Shown piece by piece: positions 54,303-63,343 of a stretch of 64,000 nucleotides of DNA. The DNA is taken from positions 12,262 through 76,261 of the forward strand of contig CATLPD010000007.1 in assembly GCA_950054485.1 (NCBI GenBank), read 5' to 3'. The notes below the pieces were generated by a model that was given only the letters and a program-made list of their open reading frames with translations, did no database searches and had not been told where the DNA came from. The stretch is from an uncultured Alphaproteobacteria bacterium (lineage in GTDB: Bacteria > Pseudomonadota > Alphaproteobacteria > Micavibrionales > CSBR16-224). Every line of letters starts with the position of its first letter. Within the stretch, counting starts at the first letter, position 1. Made by a program: the position numbers and the translations under genes.

Positions 54303-55517
54303 ATGGATCAGAAAAATTTTTACAGAGTTCTCGATGAAATGGATCAAGCGTTTGATGCGCTTGAACCAGAGCTGGCTGTGACACTGAAAGATGACGATGC
54401 AGATGTTGAAGGCTATATCGTTGTCTGGAACACGGGAATCAGCGAAAACGGACCACTGCACAAAATGGGCAAAGGCGGAACACGCGTTACACCAACTGTA
54501 TCCCTCGACGAAGTCAAGATGCTGGCAAAAATTATGGCCTTGAAAAATGCCGCTGCCGGGCTGCCGCTGGGCGGCGCGAAATCGGGACTAAAAATTGATT
54601 CTTCTGCCCCTGATGCGGAGGAAAAATACAAAAAATTTGTCGCGCTTTCAAAACCTTACCTTCACGAAAACGGCGGTATTTTCGGCGGTTTTGGATATGA
54701 CATTGGCGCGCGCCCGGAAATGGCGCGATGGGCTGTCGAAACGCTTGGTTCGGGAAGGTCTTTCACAGGCAAGACCGTTGAAATGGGCGGCACAGACTAT
54801 GATGTCGAGGGGATTGCGGGGCTGGGTGTCGCCATCGCCGCAAAAACGGCGCTGGAACATGATAAAGCCCCCATTAAGGGCGCAAGCTTTGCCGTTCAGG
54901 GCATCGGGGCCATGGGGGCCGCAGTCATCCGATATTTCAGTGAATTCGGCGGGATTCTCAAAGCTGTATCAGACCCACGTATTGGCGGTAGCTGGTTTTT
55001 CGAAAATGGGGCGCCGCCCGATATCATCGATTTAATATCCCGCGGACAGGTCAGTGCGGTGAAATCAGCCCTTGAAACTACCGAACATCACAGCGTTAAG
55101 CCTGACGCGCAAGACGTATTATATGCCGACGTCGATATCTTGTTCCCCTGCGCCATTCACAATGTAATTACAGAAGATAATGCCGAACTGGTAAAAGCGC
55201 GTTATGTCTCCGAAGGCGCGAACAATCCCGTCTCTGATCAGGCCCGCAGCCTGTTATTTGATCGCGATATAGTTGTCATTCCCGATTTCATTGCTAACCC
55301 AGGCGGGGTCATTGCCGCGTTCGTCGAACTATCATCAGACATCACGCCGGAGGAAAATGCAAAAACCCGCGCCAAAGTTAAAATTGCAAAAGACACAACC
55401 ATCAAACGCATCACCGAGAACGTAACGAATATGCTGGATCTGGCAAAATCACTTAATGTGCGCCCCTGCGATGCCGGCCGTTATATCGCCCTTCAGAGAA
55501 TATTAAACATTTATTAA
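54303..55517 (+). CDS. Glu/Leu/Phe/Val-family amino-acid dehydrogenase (glutamate dehydrogenase-like)
   Basis: 404 aa. Catalytic Lys region LPLGGAKSGLKID and Rossmann motif FAVQGIGAMGAAV. Confidence 0.8.
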   Translation: MDQKNFYRVLDEMDQAFDALEPELAVTLKDDDADVEGYIVVWNTGISENGPLHKMGKGGTRVTPTVSLDEVKMLAKIMALKNAAAGLPLGGAKSGLKIDSSAPDAEEKYKKFVALSKPYLHENGGIFGGFGYDIGARPEMARWAVETLGSGRSFTGKTVEMGGTDYDVEGIAGLGVAIAAKTALEHDKAPIKGASFAVQGIGAMGAAVIRYFSEFGGILKAVSDPRIGGSWFFENGAPPDIIDLISRGQVSAVKSALETTEHHSVKPDAQDVLYADVDILFPCAIHNVITEDNAELVKARYVSEGANNPVSDQARSLLFDRDIVVIPDFIANPGGVIAAFVELSSDITPEENAKTRAKVKIAKDTTIKRITENVTNMLDLAKSLNVRPCDAGRYIALQRILNIY

Positions 55518-55540
55518 TTTTTAATAGGTAGATTTATAGA

Positions 55541-55753
55541 ATGACAACACGTTTATACACGTCCCAGAATGCTGGAAAATCGGTTATGCGCACTGCCGTT
55601 TCGGTTTTGTGCCTTGATGACAGCCGTGTTCATCTGAAAGATTATAAAATGACCGAGTCGGGTTTTAAATTCAACCTGAACAACAAGCGCCTGCAAAAAA
55701 AAGCCATCATCACCGGTGACGGCGAACCCCTTGATCGCATTATAGAATTCTAG
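55541..55753 (+). CDS. Hypothetical small protein
   Basis: 70-aa ORF. I recognise no motif. Confidence 0.3.
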   Translation: MTTRLYTSQNAGKSVMRTAVSVLCLDDSRVHLKDYKMTESGFKFNLNNKRLQKKAIITGDGEPLDRIIEF

Positions 55754-55843
55754 AAAAAATCGTTTCATTTTAATGAATATATATTTGCGTTAACTTGACT
55801 TATACTCTTTTTGACTATATTAATAATCATAAGGAGTATTTAT

Positions 55844-56449
55844 ATGAATTCGCACATATCCGATAAAAAAATAGGATTATTCGGCCTTTCAGCGAACCCG
55901 CCACACTATGGGCACGTTAAAATGGCACAATATGCGAAGTCCGTATTGGGGCTTGATGAAGTCTGGTGGATTGTGGCTGCACATAACCCATTGAAAGATG
56001 CAGCAGAACTTGCCCCTTTCGAGGATCGGGTCAAGATGTGCGAAATAATTGCTGATGACTATAAATGGCTGAAAGTCAGTGATGTCGAACAGCGCCTTGG
56101 CCTTAATAAAAGCTTTGATGTGATAAAGGCCGTCGTTGCAGAGAACCCCGAAAATCAATTCACTTGGATTATTGGCGGCGATAACTTGGTTAATTTTCAC
56201 AAATGGTATAAATGGCAGGATATTTTAAATATTCTTCCTGTTGCCGTTATGGCACGACCTGGGCAGATGGAAGCCGCAGCAAGATCGCCCGCATATGGTT
56301 ATGCCCGCACCCTGCCCGAAAACCCTTTTACGCTTTTGGATAATCCGTTGGTGCCCATATCTTCAACCGCCCTGCGCCAAAATTTGAACGCCGAATATAC
56401 CAAACCGAAAGTCATTGATCATATCAGGCAAAAACGACTTTATCCCTAG
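55844..56449 (+). CDS. nadD: Nicotinate-nucleotide adenylyltransferase
   Basis: IGLFGLSANPPHYGHVKMA is the (H/T)xGH motif, with ISSTALR near the C-terminus. ATG at 55844 is preceded by AAGGAG. Confidence 0.85.
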   Translation: MNSHISDKKIGLFGLSANPPHYGHVKMAQYAKSVLGLDEVWWIVAAHNPLKDAAELAPFEDRVKMCEIIADDYKWLKVSDVEQRLGLNKSFDVIKAVVAENPENQFTWIIGGDNLVNFHKWYKWQDILNILPVAVMARPGQMEAAARSPAYGYARTLPENPFTLLDNPLVPISSTALRQNLNAEYTKPKVIDHIRQKRLYP

Positions 56450-56481
56450 ACCGGAGTGGTCCTGTTGGCTAGAATGCCGAC

Positions 56482-56643
56482 ATGTCAAAAACGCGACTCA
56501 GAAAATTCATAGATCAGGTCAAAAAACCAGAAAACCGTAAAAAGTTGTTCTGGTACTGGGTCGGCTATCAGGCCATTAAAGGCACGCTGACAACATCTTT
56601 TATCTGGATACCTCTGATATTGGCAGCCCTGCACCTGAAATGA
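56482..56643 (+). CDS. Small membrane protein (53 aa), translationally coupled to solA
   Basis: Not in the ORF track. The translation is MSKTRLRKFIDQVKKPENRKKLFWYWVGYQAIKGTLTTSFIWIPLILAALHLK. Its TGA stop overlaps the solA ATG (ATGA). Confidence 0.4.
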   Translation: MSKTRLRKFIDQVKKPENRKKLFWYWVGYQAIKGTLTTSFIWIPLILAALHLK

Positions 56644-57776
56644 AAAACAAGCATTACGATGTCATAGTTGTCGGATTGGGCTCTATGGGCAGCGCCGCAC
56701 TTTACCACCTTGCGAAATCAGGCCTAAAGGTTTTAGGGATTGAACAATTTTCAATCTCGCATGATCAAGGATCACACCATGGCGAAACGCGTATTATACG
56801 CTTTGCTTATGACGAAGGCATGCACTATGTCGATATGGCCTTGGCAGCGCGCGAGCTTTGGCAAGATCTGGAAAGACAGTCAGGTGAAAAAATATACCAT
56901 CCGATTGGCGGCATTTACATTGCGGACCCTGAACATGGGCGGTTTGTTGATAATCCGATCAAAGTTGCACAGACCTATAAATTCGAACACGAAATTATAA
57001 GGGGCGATCAGATTAACGCGCGTTTTCCAGCCTTTAATCTGCCAAAAAACTTTCATGCTTTCTACGAGCCGGCATCTGGATATTTGCTATCAGAGCTGGG
57101 CGTCGAGACACATGTAAAACAAGCCGAAGAATACGGCGCAGAAGTCATTTCAAATGCAGGCGTGCGCGCCATCAATCCCGGTCCACAAACTGAAGTGATT
57201 ACAGATAAACACGCCTATACTGCAGATAAGGTTATTGTATGTGCCGGCGCATGGTCGTCAAAATTGATGCCCGAATTATCAAAGGCGATCACGATCAGCC
57301 GTAATGTAGTGTGCTGGTTCAAACCAGATAGCAGCACAGAAATTTTCAACCCCGATAAAATGCCCATTTTTATATTGTCTGATGAAAACGGTGCCGCTTA
57401 TGGCTTTCCTGATTGCACCGGCGGCGGTGTTAAAATCGGCATCCATGACGAATTCAGCCCCACCGAAATCGACACCGTCAACAGAACGGTTAGTGACGAG
57501 GATAAAACTCGTATCCGAAGATATGCTGATAAATATTTTAATCTGGCGGGGGCCAAGATCATCGATTCATCCGTATGCCTTTATTCGATGACACCTGACA
57601 AAGATTTCATCATCGGCGCCCACCCTAAACATGACAACATATTTATTGCAGCAGGGTTTTCGGGACACGGGTATAAATTCTCACCCGTTATCGGACAAAT
57701 TTTGAAAAACCTTGCGGTTGGCGCAGATGTCGAATTTGATCTATCACCTTTTTCACCCGCGCGTTTTATGGATTAG
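56640..57776 (+). CDS. solA: Monomeric sarcosine oxidase / N-methyl-L-tryptophan oxidase family FAD enzyme
   Basis: 378 aa. Carries YDVIVVGLGSMGSAALYHLA (FAD-binding GxGxxG), the covalent-FAD Cys context SSVCLYSMTPDKDFIIG, and GFSGHGYKFSPVIG. Confidence 0.85.
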   Translation: MKNKHYDVIVVGLGSMGSAALYHLAKSGLKVLGIEQFSISHDQGSHHGETRIIRFAYDEGMHYVDMALAARELWQDLERQSGEKIYHPIGGIYIADPEHGRFVDNPIKVAQTYKFEHEIIRGDQINARFPAFNLPKNFHAFYEPASGYLLSELGVETHVKQAEEYGAEVISNAGVRAINPGPQTEVITDKHAYTADKVIVCAGAWSSKLMPELSKAITISRNVVCWFKPDSSTEIFNPDKMPIFILSDENGAAYGFPDCTGGGVKIGIHDEFSPTEIDTVNRTVSDEDKTRIRRYADKYFNLAGAKIIDSSVCLYSMTPDKDFIIGAHPKHDNIFIAAGFSGHGYKFSPVIGQILKNLAVGADVEFDLSPFSPARFMD

Positions 57777-59509
57777 ACGTCAGCTGCATTAAAGCAGTTT
57801 GCAATCGGTAGGCGCAGGTCTTTACCACGTACAGCACGGCGGGTGGTTTTCACACCGGGCGGGGCCTGATTTTGTTTATAAACGGCAATTTTCATCAGAC
57901 GCAAAATACGATCAACATCTTTTTGGGCAAAGCCGGCCGCCAGAATTTCATCGCGCGATTGTGCGCCTTCAATGCGGCGCTCCAGAATATCATCCAAAAT
58001 TTCGTAATCGGGCAGGCTTTGGCTGTCCTCCTGCCCTTCGCGCAATTCCGCAGACGGTGGACGCGTGATAATATTCCACGGCATGACAATCGCATCACGT
58101 TCTGCATCCTTATCTTTTTTCGGTGTGCTTGGCCCCAAAACATCATCGGGCGTATTTTCATTTCGCCATTCCGACAAGGCACGCACTTTGGTTTTATAAA
58201 CGTCTTTTACGGGATTAAAACCGCCATTCGTATCGCCATATAATGTGCAATATCCAACTGACATTTCCGATTTATTTCCTGTCGTCAAAAGCATCCAGCC
58301 GAACTTATTGCTTAAAGCCATCAACAAAAGACCGCGTGTACGGCTTTGAATATTTTCTTCGGTCACGTCAAGATCAAGGCCAACAAATGATTTCTCGAGC
58401 GCTTTTTCAATCGCGGCGACGGGTTCAGCAATTGCAATTTCGCGGATATCCTTAACGCCCAAAAATTCCGCTTGAATATCGGCATCGCTGTTGCTCATGT
58501 CCGATGTATATTGCGATGGCAACCGCACCAGATGCACGTTATCTGCGCCCAGCGCATCGACAGCAATCGCTGCCACCAGACCTGAATCGATTCCACCTGA
58601 CAAACCCAAAACAACATGCTGAAACCCGGACTTATGCACATAGTCGCGCGTGCCCAAAACCAGCGCCATATACAGCTCTTCCAGATCATCAACGCGCTGT
58701 GTTATTTTCGCAGCATCTTTTTTAAGAACAAGGCGATCGTCTTTTTCTTCCAATTCTAAAACGGTTAAGTCTTCACTCATGACGGGCGCCTGAAATATTT
58801 TTTCACCCTCTGCTGACAATGCAAAAGACCCGCCATCAAAAACCAGTTCGTCCTGCCCGCCGACCTGATTAGAATAGATGATATCAAGCCCTGTTTCGGC
58901 TGCACGTGATTTCACAATTTTATCTTCGCGCGTTTTATATTTTCCCTGCTCGAACGGTGATGCGTTTAATGACAATAAAATTTCAGCGCCGCGCTCGGCC
59001 AGTTTGCTGGAAACATTTTTTAACCATGTATCTTCGCAAATCATCACGCCGATCTTATGCCCATTTAATTCGACTGGCTGAACATCATCCAAAGACCCCG
59101 CCATGAAATTACGCTTTTCATCAAAAACGCCATAGTTGGGCAGCTCGACTTTTTTGATTGTTTGGTTGATTTCACCATCTTTTAAATAAAAAACAGCGTT
59201 ATAGATAATCTGGCGGCCCAGCGTTTTATCTTCACCTTGCCAGAATGGTGCCCCGACCAACAGCGCAGGCCCATCGGATGTTATCTTGGCCAAATCTTTT
59301 AAAGTTTTATCACTCAGCTTTAAAAAGTCTTTGATCTCGACCAGATCTTCCAACGGGTAACCTGTTAATGAAAATTCGGTCGTCATGACCAGATCGGCGC
59401 CTTGGTCCTTTGCCGATTGCCAAACCTGAAATATTTTATCGCTATTACCTTTTAAATCACCGACGGTTGGATTTAACTGCGCAACTGCGATTTTCATTTT
59501 TGTTGTCAT
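57773..59509 (-). CDS. nadE: Glutamine-dependent NAD+ synthetase
   Basis: 578 aa. N-terminal nitrilase/CN-hydrolase domain (IAVAQLNP...MICEDTW) and C-terminal synthetase with the SGGIDS PP-loop. Confidence 0.92.
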   Translation of the reverse strand: MTTKMKIAVAQLNPTVGDLKGNSDKIFQVWQSAKDQGADLVMTTEFSLTGYPLEDLVEIKDFLKLSDKTLKDLAKITSDGPALLVGAPFWQGEDKTLGRQIIYNAVFYLKDGEINQTIKKVELPNYGVFDEKRNFMAGSLDDVQPVELNGHKIGVMICEDTWLKNVSSKLAERGAEILLSLNASPFEQGKYKTREDKIVKSRAAETGLDIIYSNQVGGQDELVFDGGSFALSAEGEKIFQAPVMSEDLTVLELEEKDDRLVLKKDAAKITQRVDDLEELYMALVLGTRDYVHKSGFQHVVLGLSGGIDSGLVAAIAVDALGADNVHLVRLPSQYTSDMSNSDADIQAEFLGVKDIREIAIAEPVAAIEKALEKSFVGLDLDVTEENIQSRTRGLLLMALSNKFGWMLLTTGNKSEMSVGYCTLYGDTNGGFNPVKDVYKTKVRALSEWRNENTPDDVLGPSTPKKDKDAERDAIVMPWNIITRPPSAELREGQEDSQSLPDYEILDDILERRIEGAQSRDEILAAGFAQKDVDRILRLMKIAVYKQNQAPPGVKTTRRAVRGKDLRLPIANCFNAADV

Positions 59510-60242
59510 TTTTTCTATCCTGACGCAAAGATTTTAAATAGTCATCCGAAGATGACAGACGTAATTTACCTGATGCCACATAAGGCGCAAAAACAGGCAG
59601 TTTTAAAACATCTTCAATTTGACCCGTAGCCGCGCGGCCCGGAACATCTGTGCCTATGCCCTGCACCAGATCAGATAAAACCGTAACGCGGCAACCACGT
59701 TTCAAATAGCCCAACATGGCATCATGAACACAATAATCGGACGCCACGCCCATCATCACAACTTCGGTATCAGAACCGACATTCATCTGTTTCAAAAACT
59801 TGTTGCGCGGCATATTTTCAGACGGGCTTTCAAGTCTACCGACCTTAAACAGATTTTTATAAGCTTTGCTGTTAAAGCGATCTGAAAAGGAAATTTCTTT
59901 TAAGGATGGTTTACGTGCCCACATATCGAAAACATTTTTATCCATCTGATAGAACGGAATATCGCGTGCTGTTCCGACGGGAATTTTAAAGGCCATGTCC
60001 CAGCCCCACGTGCCATAAACGCAATGCGGCGGAAATTGTTTTGATTCCGGATTTTTCGCATAGCTTTCAGCAAAATGTGTGTCGTACTTAACCAATGCCA
60101 AATCAAAGTCGCCCGTTTTCAGAGCTTTCAAAAAACTTTTGGCTTTGGGAATAATCTTTTCAGCATCCTGAACATACAGCGCCCCTTTCGGGTCCATAAA
60201 GTCATTCTGCATATCGACGATATCTAGAATACGTTTAACCAT
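59457..60242 (-). CDS. pncA: Nicotinamidase / isochorismatase-family cysteine hydrolase
   Basis: 261 aa. Carries LDIVDMQNDFMDPKGALYV and MGVASDYCVHDA (catalytic Cys). It sits between pncB and nadE. Confidence 0.8.
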   Translation of the reverse strand: MVKRILDIVDMQNDFMDPKGALYVQDAEKIIPKAKSFLKALKTGDFDLALVKYDTHFAESYAKNPESKQFPPHCVYGTWGWDMAFKIPVGTARDIPFYQMDKNVFDMWARKPSLKEISFSDRFNSKAYKNLFKVGRLESPSENMPRNKFLKQMNVGSDTEVVMMGVASDYCVHDAMLGYLKRGCRVTVLSDLVQGIGTDVPGRAATGQIEDVLKLPVFAPYVASGKLRLSSSDDYLKSLRQDRKNDNKNENRSCAVKSNRR

Positions 60243-61845
60243 GGTTTATCCTTCCTTTTCCACGGCGAATTTTCAATATCTTTTTACGCCGTCTTTCAAA
60301 CAATTTATTTTCCAAACCTGCGACATAGGTATGCGGGTTCAAAAGGCGTTTATGCCCGTAATGCAATTTCGCCAATGAATCTTGTGCACGTTTACGCGCC
60401 GTATGGACATCTTCAATATCGCGTACACGGCTGCCCTTATCAAAGGCCGGCTTTAAAGGGTGGTAAAGATGCGTGCCCGCGTTAAAAACCTTGCTGAGGG
60501 TTTCATCATATTTACGCACAGATTCCGTATTACGGTTTAAAGCTTTTGGATAATCGGCATTATCTGAATCTGATACAAATTCCCCATCCTGACGATCATA
60601 AATCATATCGCCATCATACTGCCAATGGCCAAGGTGATCCTTTTTCATGAAACGCACAACATCCAGATCACCCGGGATCGATGTTTTGATCGTTTGTTCT
60701 GACAGTTTCACAACCCCCTGCATCTGACTGGAAAGTTTTTCACCGTCCTGCCCGCGCAGCTTTTCAATATCATCCATCGTTAGCCCATTGCCATAGATCG
60801 CACCTAGTTTATAGACACCACCCAGCGCCGGCTGAGTCTTCGATGTAACAAGGTTTGTGCCAATCCCCCAGATATCTATTTTTGCCCCCTGTTCGATCAG
60901 ACTGGCGATTGTTTTTTCATCCAGATCGTTTGATGCGGCAATTTTTGCATCTTTATACCCGGCCTCGTCCAGCAGTAAACGCGCCTTTTGTGACAGATAG
61001 GCCAGATCACCTGAATCAAGGCGTATGCCCTTCATCGCAATTCCCATTTCTTTACAGGTCGCAATCGCATTTCTAACGCCCTGCAAACTGTCATAGGTAT
61101 CCACCAGAAAGACCGTATTATGCGGCATCGCTTTGGCGTAATCCTTAAAGGCCTGCAATTCATCTTCGTATAACATCACCATTGCATGGGCCATCGTTCC
61201 CGAAGTCGGAATGCCGTAATGTTTTTTGGCCAGATAATTCGATGTACCGTCAATGCCACCAATATAGGCTGCGCGTGTTGCCTCCAGTCCGCCCAACATC
61301 TGCGCGCGGCGCAAGCCTAGCTCCAGTACTGTTTTATTGCCTGCAATTTCACGAAAGCGCGATGCCAGCGTCGCAAATAAAGACTGCGAATTGATTGTGT
61401 TCAAGATTGCGGCCTCCAGCATCAGGCATTGCCAGACAGGACCATGTACGCGGACAATCGGCTCGTCGGGAAATGCGATTTCACCCTCGGGCATCATATC
61501 AACGCTGACCTCTAACTTGGCATTTTTCAGCATATCCAGAAATTCATCACTATAGAGGCGTTTCGGTTTGCCCGTTTTGGGATCGACTGCAACCTCTTCG
61601 CGCAGCAACTCGATATCATCGTCATCAAATGACCAGTTTTCCAACCATTCCATCAAAATATTTTGTCCCGCTGTTAACAGGTATCCGCCCGAATAGGGGT
61701 TCGTACGAATATAACCATGAAAGGTCGTAACCTGATCATGCTTGCCGTTTTCGAATAGGGCCTGCGCCATAGTGAAAGCATACTGATCTGCCCACATCGC
61801 TGTTTTCTGGGCAAGGGGGTCTGGTTTTTTTGATGTTTTTGTCAT
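60235..61845 (-). CDS. pncB: Nicotinate phosphoribosyltransferase
   Basis: 536 aa. Carries GTSNYLAKKHYGIPTSGTMAHAMVM, IRLDSGDLAYLS and IWGIGTNLVT. Confidence 0.88.
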   Translation of the reverse strand: MTKTSKKPDPLAQKTAMWADQYAFTMAQALFENGKHDQVTTFHGYIRTNPYSGGYLLTAGQNILMEWLENWSFDDDDIELLREEVAVDPKTGKPKRLYSDEFLDMLKNAKLEVSVDMMPEGEIAFPDEPIVRVHGPVWQCLMLEAAILNTINSQSLFATLASRFREIAGNKTVLELGLRRAQMLGGLEATRAAYIGGIDGTSNYLAKKHYGIPTSGTMAHAMVMLYEDELQAFKDYAKAMPHNTVFLVDTYDSLQGVRNAIATCKEMGIAMKGIRLDSGDLAYLSQKARLLLDEAGYKDAKIAASNDLDEKTIASLIEQGAKIDIWGIGTNLVTSKTQPALGGVYKLGAIYGNGLTMDDIEKLRGQDGEKLSSQMQGVVKLSEQTIKTSIPGDLDVVRFMKKDHLGHWQYDGDMIYDRQDGEFVSDSDNADYPKALNRNTESVRKYDETLSKVFNAGTHLYHPLKPAFDKGSRVRDIEDVHTARKRAQDSLAKLHYGHKRLLNPHTYVAGLENKLFERRRKKILKIRRGKGRINHG

Positions 61846-61911
61846 TTTTTATCCTTTGAGAGAATCAATTTATACATAGATATACTCAAAATGAGTTTAA
61901 GTCAAGGGCCT

Positions 61912-61939
61912 AAAAAAAACCGCCCCATAACAGGGCGGT
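61912..61939 (-). terminator. Rho-independent terminator
   Basis: On the minus strand, ACCGCCC-TGTTATG-GGGCGGT is followed by TTTTTTTT. It lies just after the stop of the 61960-62430 gene. Confidence 0.75.
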
Positions 61940-61959
61940 TAATATGCGTTATATTACAT

Positions 61960-62430
61960 TTAATCCAAAAGCTTTGCTTTTTGTTTCACATCCTGCAGGT
62001 CCGCGCGAACGCTTGAAAGCTGACGTGTCAAAATTGAATAGGCCTTTGATGTCGACGGAATGCTTTCCAAAGCCTCTTCATAGGCATTCACCAATGCGCT
62101 CTCACCTCGAATGATCTCTCTAAAGATCGCCTCGTCACTTTCACTGAGCTTCGAGCGAAGTTCTACGAACATACGGTGCACACCAGCCAGCATTGAACCG
62201 TCCGTTTCGAAATCTTTACCACTTTCGGCAAGGCATGTGCGGATTTCCGAAGCAAAACTGTCGCGCTGGCGAGCACGCTTTTTAAACAAATCTGCAAAAC
62301 GCGGATTGTCAGACTCATCACAGCATTCTGCATATCCCTTTGCGCTGTCAATGATACGGGTTAAAAGATCACCAAGCTCGTCGGCCTGATCCTGGGTAAT
62401 AATTTTTGCGGTCTGTGTCATTTTAATCAT
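61960..62430 (-). CDS. PA2169-family four-helix-bundle (ferritin-like, DUF2383) protein
   Basis: 156 aa. LNDL-like DELGDLLTRIIDSAKGYAECCD, and repeated helix pairs with R/E/D spacing typical of this family. Confidence 0.6.
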   Translation of the reverse strand: MIKMTQTAKIITQDQADELGDLLTRIIDSAKGYAECCDESDNPRFADLFKKRARQRDSFASEIRTCLAESGKDFETDGSMLAGVHRMFVELRSKLSESDEAIFREIIRGESALVNAYEEALESIPSTSKAYSILTRQLSSVRADLQDVKQKAKLLD

Positions 62431-62474
62431 CCTTTCGTTGTGCGTTCCAAACAGATCAGGATCATCAAAGTTCC

Positions 62475-63329
62475 CTATCTTTTGGGCGGGGCCTTCGGAT
62501 TCGATGGAGATGGCGGGCGTTTATAGAAAAGCTTTTTGACAAAATTCTTCGCGCCGCCGAAAGCCGGTGGCGTTACAAGATCGGGCTTGTCATAGCGGAT
62601 TTCTTCCAGCGTTTTTGCATTATAAAAACCACCACCGGCAGCTTTTATAATTGCGTGACCTGCCGCAACATCCCAATAGCTAAAGGATGAATTAAACTGC
62701 GCCAGATTAGCAGGCCCCTCAGCCGTGACACATAGACGCGCGCCGCCGACAGCCCGGATAATTTCACCTGTTTCGATCGCTGGCCTATCTTTCCAGCCCA
62801 TCGCGGTTTTGATTACACCGGGGTTCTTAGAAACTTTAATACGCTGCGGTGCTGTCTTACCCACCTGCACATAAGCTTTCCCGTTATTGCCTGTGTAATA
62901 CAATTTACCCGCACAGTTTTCCTGGGCCGGGAAAAAGGCCACACCCATGACAGGTTCGCCTTTGTGTATCAGGGCGATGTGAACGCCAAAGCCGTCGTAT
63001 CCTTCAATATAGGATTTTGTGCCGTCCAGCGGATCTGTCATCCAATAGGTTTCGGATTCTTTGACTATTTTGCGGTTGGTCTTCATATCCTGTTCTTCAC
63101 TGACAACAGGAATGTCCGGTGTAAATTCTTTCAGGCTGTTGATAATATGGTCACTGGCATTTTTATCGGCGATCGTAACGGGTGAATCATCACCTTTATA
63201 TTCCGCAGTAACCTGACCACGGTGATGCATCAGGATGTCGCCTGCCTCGCGTGCGATGATAATCACATTTTGAACATTAGGTTTATTTTTCATACACCGT
63301 TTATAACCGGAATATGGCAACACCGTCAA
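62475..63329 (-). CDS. cysQ: Inositol monophosphatase family protein, likely 3'(2'),5'-bisphosphate nucleotidase
   Basis: Carries PVVSEE, YWMTDPLDGTKSY and WDVAAGHAII. It has an extra Pro/Lys-rich C-terminal tail. The true start may be internal (MKNKPN...). Confidence 0.75.
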   Translation of the reverse strand: MTVLPYSGYKRCMKNKPNVQNVIIIAREAGDILMHHRGQVTAEYKGDDSPVTIADKNASDHIINSLKEFTPDIPVVSEEQDMKTNRKIVKESETYWMTDPLDGTKSYIEGYDGFGVHIALIHKGEPVMGVAFFPAQENCAGKLYYTGNNGKAYVQVGKTAPQRIKVSKNPGVIKTAMGWKDRPAIETGEIIRAVGGARLCVTAEGPANLAQFNSSFSYWDVAAGHAIIKAAGGGFYNAKTLEEIRYDKPDLVTPPAFGGAKNFVKKLFYKRPPSPSNPKAPPKR

Positions 63330-63343
63330 GATAGATTGGCTTG

